64,000 nt of DNA from Candidatus Nomurabacteria bacterium (GTDB taxonomy: Bacteria; Patescibacteriota; Minisyncoccia; Phycocordibacterales; UBA9973). Within the stretch, counting starts at the first letter, position 1, and each line of letters starts with the position of its first letter. The translations under genes were made by a program, and so were the position numbers. The DNA is taken from the NCBI GenBank assembly GCA_029288725.1, contig JARIGS010000015.1, positions 3,518 to 67,517 on the forward strand. The letters run 5' to 3'. Under the pieces are notes generated by a model, which was not told where the DNA came from, did no database searches, and saw nothing but the letters and a program-made list of their open reading frames with translations. Of this stretch, positions 56,715 through 64,000 are shown in pieces.

Positions 56715-58664
56715 ATGGAACCAACAAAACAACCACAACAACCGAAAGAACTCTTCACCCGCCCTGCCCCTCGTACTTCGACAGGCTCAGGACAGGCAAA
56801 AACCAATGCCCACCCTCGCCCTGCAGGTAATGGTGGCAACACTGGCGCAAAGCCAAAGCGCTCATTCGGCAATCGCCGTCCGCATGACCGTCAGCGTCGT
56901 CCAGCATGGCCAAAAGCCGACATGCATGATGGCATGAAGGAAGTAGCGGAACGCAAGACCGCACACATCCCTGATCCAGAACCAGGCACTATCCGCATTA
57001 TCCCGCTTGGTGGCGTGGAAGAAATCGGCAAGAACATGACTGCCATTGAAATCGGTGACGATATCATCGTTATCGATGCCGGTATGTCATTTGCCACTGA
57101 AAATACCCCCGGTATTGACTATGTCATTCCGAACACACGATACCTCGAAGAGCGTAAGGATAAGATTCGGGCTCTGATCGTGACGCACGGACACCTTGAC
57201 CACATCGGCGGTGTACCAATCGTACTTTCTCGTATCGGCAATCCACCGGTGTATTCTCGCAATCTTACGGTGCTGATGATGCGCAAGCGTCAGAGCGAGT
57301 TTCCAAACCTTCCTCCATTGCAGGAAGTAATCGTGGAAAAGGATCAGGTAGTAACTCTTGGCAAACTGCGTGTCCGTTTCTGGGGTGTGACGCACACTAT
57401 TCCAGACTCAATGGGTATTATCATTGAAACACCGTACGGGAACATCATTAACCCGGGTGACTACAAACTCGACCAGATTGACGGCGTTGTTTCAGCGGCG
57501 GAAGAAAAGGAGTATCAGCAATTTGATACCTCAAACAACCTCCTCTTGATGACTGACTCAACCAACATTGAGAACGAGGGTTTTGCCCTGGCCGAAATTA
57601 AGGTCCATGAAGGCATTGAAAATATCTTGCGCCGAGAAAAGAACAATCGTATTTTCATGGCAGCATTTGCCTCACATATCACCCGTCTAATGCGTGTCAT
57701 TCAGATCGCTGAGGAACTTGGCAAGAAAGTTGTTCTTGAGGGCCGCTCAATGAAAACCAACATTGAAATCGCCATTCAGGCAGGATTACTGAAGCCAAAG
57801 AAGGACACTATTATTTCCGCTGATGAAATCGATAACTATCCTCCAGACCGTCTGCTTATCCTTATTACCGGCGCACAAGGTGAGGAATTTGGAGGCCTCA
57901 ACCGTTTGGCAACCAAGAGCAACAAGAAGCTCTCGCTGAAGAAGGGTGACCGTATCATTTTGTCCGCCTCAGTCATTCCTGGTAACGAACGAGCAATTGA
58001 AAAAATGAAGGATGGTCTTGCACGCCAAGGGGTCAAGATTATCAGTTACCGTACTCCGGGTGAAGAAGAAGTCCATGCAACTGGTCACGGCAACAAAGAG
58101 GATGTGAAGTGGCTGCACCGCAAGATTCATGAAAAATTCTTCATTCCTATTCACGGTAACCATTACCGCTTGGTACTTCACAAAGAACTAGCAATGGAGC
58201 TGGGCATGCCGGAAAATCACATTGTGGTACCGGACAACGGTTCAATTATTGAAATCACTGACAACGGAACGAAAATCGGCGTTCGCAAGGAAAAGGCTCC
58301 GTCTTCTCCAATGATGGTGGACGGCTTCTCAGTCGGCGATGAGCAGAATGTCGTCATCCGTGACCGTCAGATGCTCGCCGAAGACGGTATGTTCGTGGTC
58401 GTGGCATTACTTGATGCCCGCACTGGCATGCTGAAGAAATCTCCTGACATCATTTCTCGCGGCTTCGTCTATCTCAAGGAGTCGCAGGAACTGGTTCGTC
58501 ACGCTCGAGCGTTGATCAAGCGCACAATTGAACAGGAAACAAAGGGTCAGCAGCAGCCAAACATTGACCAGATCAAGAATATTGTCGCTGACATCGTCTC
58601 AAAATACCTCTTCCAACAGACTGCCAAGCGTCCGCTCGTCTTACCAGTTATCCTTTCCTCATAA
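56715..58664 (+). CDS. rnj: Ribonuclease J
   Basis: PLGGVEEIGKNM, THGHLDHIGG, HATGHG, FFIPIHG; start ATG 56715. Confidence 0.96.
   Translation: MEPTKQPQQPKELFTRPAPRTSTGSGQAKTNAHPRPAGNGGNTGAKPKRSFGNRRPHDRQRRPAWPKADMHDGMKEVAERKTAHIPDPEPGTIRIIPLGGVEEIGKNMTAIEIGDDIIVIDAGMSFATENTPGIDYVIPNTRYLEERKDKIRALIVTHGHLDHIGGVPIVLSRIGNPPVYSRNLTVLMMRKRQSEFPNLPPLQEVIVEKDQVVTLGKLRVRFWGVTHTIPDSMGIIIETPYGNIINPGDYKLDQIDGVVSAAEEKEYQQFDTSNNLLLMTDSTNIENEGFALAEIKVHEGIENILRREKNNRIFMAAFASHITRLMRVIQIAEELGKKVVLEGRSMKTNIEIAIQAGLLKPKKDTIISADEIDNYPPDRLLILITGAQGEEFGGLNRLATKSNKKLSLKKGDRIILSASVIPGNERAIEKMKDGLARQGVKIISYRTPGEEEVHATGHGNKEDVKWLHRKIHEKFFIPIHGNHYRLVLHKELAMELGMPENHIVVPDNGSIIEITDNGTKIGVRKEKAPSSPMMVDGFSVGDEQNVVIRDRQMLAEDGMFVVVALLDARTGMLKKSPDIISRGFVYLKESQELVRHARALIKRTIEQETKGQQQPNIDQIKNIVADIVSKYLFQQTAKRPLVLPVILSS
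56774..56793. repeat. Family A palindromic element in frame in rnj (TSTGSG)
   Basis: tacttcgacaggctcaggac. Confidence 0.72.
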
Positions 58665-58666
58665 TC

Positions 58667-59821
58667 ATGCCCGACCGCAAAAAAGCGTTACGATCAGTGC
58701 TTCTTACCTCGTTTCTCTTTTTTGCTCATTTGTCGGTTGTCATGTACGTCAATGCAACAGTACTGTCCGCATTTGTCGGCACCGAACATACGACCCTGTT
58801 GTATGTTCTCGGAGCCACAGGTTCGGTGGTGCTGTTGTTTTTGCTTCCCCGCATAGTGCAAAAGATAGGGCTGGTTAGTACTAACGTTACCATCCTAGTA
58901 CTTTTGGCAGCAACATTGCTCATCCTTGGAACAACCAGCAATCCTGAGATGTTCATCAGCATCTTTGTCTTGTACACCGGACTGAGCGGAACAATCTGGT
59001 ACTGTAACGATCTCTTTGTCTCGCATTATGCCGACAGTAGGACTATGGGGCACACTCGTGGCAGTTACCTCACCGTGATTAACAGTGCCATTGCCTTGAT
59101 GCCGATCATCGCAGGAATACTGGTAGAGCGAAGCGGCTTCCATAGTATTTATATTGTAGCCGCTTCACTACTGTGTATTGCGGCCGGCATTATCGCCTAC
59201 AGCCAGCGTCATTTTGTCGATCGCTCATATACCGCTACCACTATTCCGGCAGCCTGGGAACGCATTCGCCATACTCCCTCATTGCGACGGGTTGCCAGTA
59301 TTAATTTCCTACTCCAATTCTTCTATGTCTGGATGACGATCTTCACCCCACTCTACCTTGCAACAGTGCTACATTTTAATTGGCAGCAGATCGGCCTTGC
59401 ATTTACCTGCATGCTTACTGCATTTGTCATCCTCCAATACCCTATCGGTCGCTGGGCGGATACGATTGGTGAAAAAAGATTGCTCGTCGTTGGGTTCAGC
59501 ATTGCCTCGATCAGTACGGCCCTATTTGCCCTTATGCATACCCATCGCATTATGCTGTATGCAGTGATACTGTTCGGTACCCGTATCGGTATCTGTATGG
59601 TGGAAGTGTTGGCAGAAACGTACTTTTTCAAGCAGGTCACTGATCGTGATGAGGGTATTGTCAGTGTCTATCGCATGATGTATCCCCTTTCATACATCAT
59701 CGCGCCATTGATTGGTTGGGGTATGATCATGCTCTATGGATATCAGGGACTTTTCCTTTCACTCGCCCTTTTGCTGCTCTTTGGTGCCTGGTACACCTTG
59801 CGTCTTGTCGACATTCGCTAG
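58667..59821 (+). CDS. MFS transporter
   Basis: About 12 TMs; GRWADTIGEK loop motif. Confidence 0.88.
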   Translation: MPDRKKALRSVLLTSFLFFAHLSVVMYVNATVLSAFVGTEHTTLLYVLGATGSVVLLFLLPRIVQKIGLVSTNVTILVLLAATLLILGTTSNPEMFISIFVLYTGLSGTIWYCNDLFVSHYADSRTMGHTRGSYLTVINSAIALMPIIAGILVERSGFHSIYIVAASLLCIAAGIIAYSQRHFVDRSYTATTIPAAWERIRHTPSLRRVASINFLLQFFYVWMTIFTPLYLATVLHFNWQQIGLAFTCMLTAFVILQYPIGRWADTIGEKRLLVVGFSIASISTALFALMHTHRIMLYAVILFGTRIGICMVEVLAETYFFKQVTDRDEGIVSVYRMMYPLSYIIAPLIGWGMIMLYGYQGLFLSLALLLLFGAWYTLRLVDIR

Positions 59822-59833
59822 GCCACGTGACTA

Positions 59834-60649
59834 TTACTGTGACTGTGCGATGCTATAGCGTTTACCTCTCCTACTGACATACTGCTCACGCATCAATACT
59901 TCCAATGCACCCGTAATGCGCACTGTTTCAAATGAAAGCTGCTGCTCAAGCTGTTCCAGCGTAGCCGATTGCCTGGTCAGAATTTTCATGATGCCTCCGC
60001 GCACTTCGCGGACTGATCCCTTGAACGTACTCTGTTTTTTATACTGCTTACTGTTGCGATGAATGCGCACACCCTGTGATTTCAAAAATGACCCGTAATC
60101 CATCAGCGCCCAGTACCACTGTCGAGGGTGTTCCTGATCAAGTGTTGTCTCAATTAATGGCAACAACTCGGCGTCACTGACTGGTTCTGTAGCGTGTGGA
60201 AAAAAGTGATGCAAATATACTGTCCGGATATTTGTCTCGATCATTACGGTCGGCTGATTGTAGGCAAATGCGCTGATGGCTGCAGCCGTGTAGCGACCGA
60301 CGCCGGGTAAGGTCAGAAGCTCATCAAATGTTTTAGGAAACGTATCCTGAGCAACATGCATGGCCATCTGTTGCAGAAATCGGGCGCGACGATTGTATCC
60401 GAGACCACTCCACTGCAGGAGCACCTGCTGCAGCGATGCATCTGCCAATGCTTTCGCAGTAGGAAATGCCTTCAAAAATTCCCGATACTTTTCGATTACT
60501 CGCCCAACCTGGGTTTGCTGGAGCATGACCTCAGAGACGGCAATCTTGTACGGGTCAGTGGTTTTTCTCCAGGGCAAATCATGCCGACCAGATTTTTCAT
60601 AATATCCATAGACGATCTTGATAAAGGCCGCCTTTTGTCGCACGTTCAT
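59834..60649 (-). CDS. mutY: A/G-specific adenine glycosylase, short Fe-S-less form
   Basis: LPWR, VSEVMLQQTQV, WSGLGYNRRA, LPGVGRYTA. Confidence 0.9.
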   Translation of the reverse strand: MNVRQKAAFIKIVYGYYEKSGRHDLPWRKTTDPYKIAVSEVMLQQTQVGRVIEKYREFLKAFPTAKALADASLQQVLLQWSGLGYNRRARFLQQMAMHVAQDTFPKTFDELLTLPGVGRYTAAAISAFAYNQPTVMIETNIRTVYLHHFFPHATEPVSDAELLPLIETTLDQEHPRQWYWALMDYGSFLKSQGVRIHRNSKQYKKQSTFKGSVREVRGGIMKILTRQSATLEQLEQQLSFETVRITGALEVLMREQYVSRRGKRYSIAQSQ

Positions 60650-60798
60650 TAGAAAGGATTTTCTCCTCTGATGATTCTTACCAATATCAGAATGACCGCA
60701 ATGATCAATAGGATGTGGATATAGGCACCGAGCGCATACACGCCGATAAATCCAAGGAACCAGAGAATAAGTAACAAAATTGCGATATCAATTAACAT
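60649..60798 (-). CDS. lmo0937-family small membrane protein (not in ORF track)
   Basis: MLIDIAILLLILWFLGFIGVYALGAYIHILLIIAVILILVRIIRGENPF; TAATG overlap with mutY. Confidence 0.8.
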   Translation of the reverse strand: MLIDIAILLLILWFLGFIGVYALGAYIHILLIIAVILILVRIIRGENPF

Positions 60799-60812
60799 AT
60801 AGTAACTCGTGA

Positions 60813-61277
60813 TTATTTAGACTTCTTAGCAGATTTTTTTGCCTTGCTTACTTTTGCGCGAACTGATGTTGAAGTACCTTTTACCTCCTTTTTTGCTGCA
60901 CTAACAACTTTCTTTGTTGCACTTTTTACTGCAGTAGCTTTGTGATGAGATTTTACGATTCCTGCCCACTGCTGTTTCAGCAATGCAGCGAACATGCGAA
61001 TTTCTGCTTCGCTAACCTTGCCAGCTTTAGCATATTTTGCCGCAACTGAGTCAACGATCTTTTCATAGGCAGCTTCGGTCATGTCTTTTGCATCTTCCAT
61101 TTTTTCAATCACTTCACCCTTCATTTTAACCATCCAGCCCTTGAGGCTGTTACGATTCTTTTTTCCCTCAGGACCAAAGAAGAAATATGATGCTGCAGCA
61201 AGTGCAATAACGCCTGCGCCAACAGCTACCACTGTTCCTGTCGATGACCCTTCATGCTTTTTTGTTTGTTTTGCCAT
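60813..61277 (-). CDS. Hypothetical YtxH-like protein with Lys-rich tail
   Basis: Hydrophobic GAGVIALAAASYFFFGPEGKKNR then helical region. Confidence 0.7.
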   Translation of the reverse strand: MAKQTKKHEGSSTGTVVAVGAGVIALAAASYFFFGPEGKKNRNSLKGWMVKMKGEVIEKMEDAKDMTEAAYEKIVDSVAAKYAKAGKVSEAEIRMFAALLKQQWAGIVKSHHKATAVKSATKKVVSAAKKEVKGTSTSVRAKVSKAKKSAKKSK

Positions 61278-61320
61278 ATTGTTTATTCTGCACTATTACT
61301 GGTATAGAATAATTATACCA

Positions 61321-61575
61321 CTATTCTATACTTTTGCGCTTGCGCTTCTTGCCAAACATCCAGGAAAAAAGTGCGCTTTCCCACAATCGCGCTACGAATT
61401 CTTTGGCTGTATCCCCAATGTTTTCAATATCTTTCTCAATCTTGAGACTGATATGCATAATACTTCGTAGCAATGCGATCAGATAGATCAGGCCAATAGC
61501 GACTAGAATGAAAATGATAATAAAGCCTATGGTTGCGACAAAGAAGAATATGTCGGCGTGTGGTATTGCATTCAT
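61321..61575 (-). CDS. Small membrane protein
   Basis: TM plus amphipathic helix; TATACT 6 nt upstream. Confidence 0.7.
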   Translation of the reverse strand: MNAIPHADIFFFVATIGFIIIFILVAIGLIYLIALLRSIMHISLKIEKDIENIGDTAKEFVARLWESALFSWMFGKKRKRKSIE

Positions 61576-61635
61576 AGATAAAGTATAACAAAAAGCCGCT
61601 TCAGAACGAAGCGGCTTTTATCGTGAAATACTACC

Positions 61636-62085
61636 TTACCGACCAGATGATCCTTGAGCTCCGGCAGGCGAAGCGGGGCGAATCTGCACTGACTGAGCCG
61701 TCACACTACCATCGCTATTTGTTGTACCGATGATCGTCACCATTGATCCTACCGCAACATCGTTAAGCGTACCCTGCGCTGACTTTGCCACGGTGGTATT
61801 GGGTGAGAGCAATACAATCTTTGATCCACCAGCCTGGTTCTGAATGGTCAGGCCATTGGCATCCTTGCTGAGCACGGTACCGCTGACAAATCCGCCATTC
61901 ATGCCACTAGGACCACGCATGCCCCCATTTGCACCAGCAAATCGTCCAGCACCAAACTGACCGTTTGCCATCATGTCATTGTTCACGCCCTTTGTCGCAG
62001 TATGTTTGCCACATGCCGTACCTCCAACGAATGCGAGTACAACGACTACCGCTGCAATAATAATGATTTTTGTTTTTTCTGTCAT
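61636..62085 (-). CDS. Membrane-anchored DUF5666-like OB-fold protein
   Basis: TM, Gly-rich linker, SGTVLSKD..GSKIV..DGSVTAQSVQI. Confidence 0.75.
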   Translation of the reverse strand: MTEKTKIIIIAAVVVVLAFVGGTACGKHTATKGVNNDMMANGQFGAGRFAGANGGMRGPSGMNGGFVSGTVLSKDANGLTIQNQAGGSKIVLLSPNTTVAKSAQGTLNDVAVGSMVTIIGTTNSDGSVTAQSVQIRPASPAGAQGSSGR

Positions 62086-62130
62086 ATATAGCTGTATTTT
62101 TTAATATAATAAAAGTGCCACGCTCCTTCC

Positions 62131-62221
62131 CACAACATAGCAATAAGGATATGTTTTCCGAGGACTGTCTGAGCGTTTGAGCGAGTTCCGCAGGAGAATA
62201 TATTGATTATTGCTGCGAGTG
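62131..62221. repeat. About 90-nt imperfect hairpin (MITE/REP-like or structured RNA)
   Basis: tagcaataa/ttattgctg and atatgttttcc/ggagaatatat arms around ctgagcgtttgagcgag. Confidence 0.6.
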
Positions 62222-62237
62222 AGATTTTTTCTAAGGA

Positions 62238-63458
62238 CTACTCGTAACGCAACGCCTCAATAGGATTTAGATTAGAAGCTCTACGTGCCGGGTAATAACC
62301 GAACACCACTCCGATAAATGCCGATACGCCGAATGCCAGCAAGACTGACGATACGGACACGCTGGTCTGAATGATGCCAAGCTTACTGACCACCAGCGAG
62401 ATCACCCATCCGAGGATCACGCCGATGACCCCACCGGTAAATGTCAGCATGATTGATTCAATAAGAAACTGAGTATTGATGTCGGATTTCTTCGCACCGA
62501 TGGCCTTGCGCAAGCCAATCTCACGGGTGCGCTCGGTCACGGTCGTAAGCATCATGTTCATGATGCCGATGCCACCAACGAGCAATGAGATACCGGCCAC
62601 AGCTGCAAGCAATATGGTGAATGTGCCCGTTACTGATGATGCCGTTGCAATGATGTCGGACTGGTTCAGGGTTGAGAAGTCCGCCTTGGTCGGATCGCTA
62701 ATATGATGCTGGGCAAGCAAGAGAGTGGTCACATCATTCTGGACTTGCGTCGTATCATCAGCAGTGGCTGCTGATACATCGATCTCGCTGAGATACTGGT
62801 TGCCCGTCAGATAATGCTGGGCGGTTGTGTAGGGCATGTAGATAGCATCATCAGCATTGCTAAAACCGGAGCCACCCTTGGATTTAGTCACACCAATAAT
62901 GGTATAGATGCCGTTATTGATACGAATTTGCTGTCCCACTGGCTCACTGCCGTCCAAGAAAAGATCGGTAACAACCGTTGGTCCCACTACTGCCACCTTA
63001 TTGCTCGAAGCCACATCCTCTTCGGTAAAGAAATTCCCGTCATCAACCTCAACGTTGCGAACGGTGGTATAGGAAGGCGTCGTACCGGTAATGCTGGTAT
63101 TGGTATTGGTGCCCTTGGCCACTACCTGTTCACGAGAAGTAACGTCGAAGGCAATGGAACCAATATTGGCAACCTGGGACTGAATGGCCTGTCCGTCAGC
63201 GACTGTCAGGGTCTGGGCACTGCCGCGGGCTTGCTGAGGACCGCCGAAGCTGCGCTGTGCACCAGGAGTGACAATGACCAGGTTGGAACCAATGGATTGA
63301 ATGCTTGCAGCAATAGAACTCTGTGCACCATTACCGATCGACACCATGGCAATAACGGAACTGATACCGATGATGATGCCAAGCATCGTCAAACCAGTAC
63401 GAACCTTGTTCGCAGACAATGCGCTGTATGTTTCGTGAAGTATGTCGTTAGTAGTCAT
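62238..63458 (-). CDS. MacB/FtsX-type ABC transporter permease
   Basis: RTGLTMLGIIIG, GGIGIMNMML..VTERTREIG.RKAIGA, PIEALRYE. Confidence 0.95.
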   Translation of the reverse strand: MTTNDILHETYSALSANKVRTGLTMLGIIIGISSVIAMVSIGNGAQSSIAASIQSIGSNLVIVTPGAQRSFGGPQQARGSAQTLTVADGQAIQSQVANIGSIAFDVTSREQVVAKGTNTNTSITGTTPSYTTVRNVEVDDGNFFTEEDVASSNKVAVVGPTVVTDLFLDGSEPVGQQIRINNGIYTIIGVTKSKGGSGFSNADDAIYMPYTTAQHYLTGNQYLSEIDVSAATADDTTQVQNDVTTLLLAQHHISDPTKADFSTLNQSDIIATASSVTGTFTILLAAVAGISLLVGGIGIMNMMLTTVTERTREIGLRKAIGAKKSDINTQFLIESIMLTFTGGVIGVILGWVISLVVSKLGIIQTSVSVSSVLLAFGVSAFIGVVFGYYPARRASNLNPIEALRYE

Positions 63459-64000
63459 GGTGTTCTACTTTTCTTTTTTTATAATTTTTTGCATCACTGA
63501 CAATTACCCCATCACGGATGACAATGATGCGATCGGCATGTTCTGCCACCTCTGGTTCGTGCGTGATCAGTACGACGGTACGACCCAGGGTTTCGTTCAG
63601 TTGTTGAAAGGTGCCGAGTACGATCTCGCCTGTTCGGGTATCAAGGTTACCAGTCGGCTCATCGGCAAGAATCATAGTCGGATTGTTCACCAAGGCACGG
63701 GCAATGGCCACGCGTTGAATCTGTCCTCCGGATAACTGATTGGACTTGTGCGTATAATACCGTTCATCAAGGCCGGCAGACTGCAATGCAGCGCGGGCAT
63801 CAGCCTCGCGCTTTTCTGGCAATTCGTTGGCATAGATCAAAGGCAGCGTGACATTGCGCAAGACGGTCGTGCGTGGCAGGAGGTTGAATGACTGGAAGAC
63901 GAAACCGATCTTATCACGACGAATGTCTGCCAAGGCATCGTCGGACATCGTCGACACATCCTTGCCATCCAGGAAATAGGTTCCGGAAGTCGGCGTATCA
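63448..64000 (-). CDS. ABC transporter ATP-binding protein, LolD/MacB type (5' truncated by window)
   Basis: [36 protein letters not shown]. Confidence 0.95.
   Translation of the reverse strand, partial: DTPTSGTYFLDGKDVSTMSDDALADIRRDKIGFVFQSFNLLPRTTVLRNVTLPLIYANELPEKREADARAALQSAGLDERYYTHKSNQLSGGQIQRVAIARALVNNPTMILADEPTGNLDTRTGEIVLGTFQQLNETLGRTVVLITHEPEVAEHADRIIVIRDGVIVSDAKNYKKRKVEHHDY

Noticed and set aside
1-64000. CRISPR array, integrase, transposase, reverse transcriptase or prophage
   Set aside because: No regularly spaced repeats and no ORF with such motifs was seen
1-64000. TGA recoding (code 25) as in Gracilibacteria/Absconditabacteria
   Set aside because: Long genes have no in-frame TGA, and TGA ends prsW and rnr with ATGA overlaps

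Overview
This is core chromosome of a small-genome bacterium, most likely Patescibacteria/CPR (Parcubacteria-like). That assignment is an inference from the short RpoB and UvrC, Fe-S-less MutY, eukaryote/archaeal-type ProS, the absence of rimM beside khpA/trmD, and near-leaderless genes. TGA is used as a stop, so the code is standard code 11. The window holds lepA, murJ, leuS, a ddl-like gene, uvrC/A/B, tgt, proS-mreB-mreC, rpsB-tsf, rpoB-rpoC-dnaG-rpoD, rpsP-khpA-trmD, rnr, secG, rnj, mutY, a MacB-type ABC pair, three tRNAs (Phe-GAA, Arg-CCT, Thr-TGT) and several AT-rich orphan islets. Five observations stand out. (1) Short palindromic REP/RPE-like elements are inserted in frame in lepA, leuS (three times), rpoD, dnaG and rnj, and also occur between genes. 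(2) An unannotated 102-nt structured RNA with its own promoter and terminator lies tail-to-tail with a RelE/PBECR-like orphan. (3) An HNH endonuclease ORF runs antisense into tRNA-Arg and stops in its anticodon loop. (4) A 1228-aa surface protein sits between khpA and trmD with an 89-bp perfect repeat bracketing an in-frame cassette. (5) A Ddl homologue has its catalytic residues substituted. All calls were made by eye; no searches were run.
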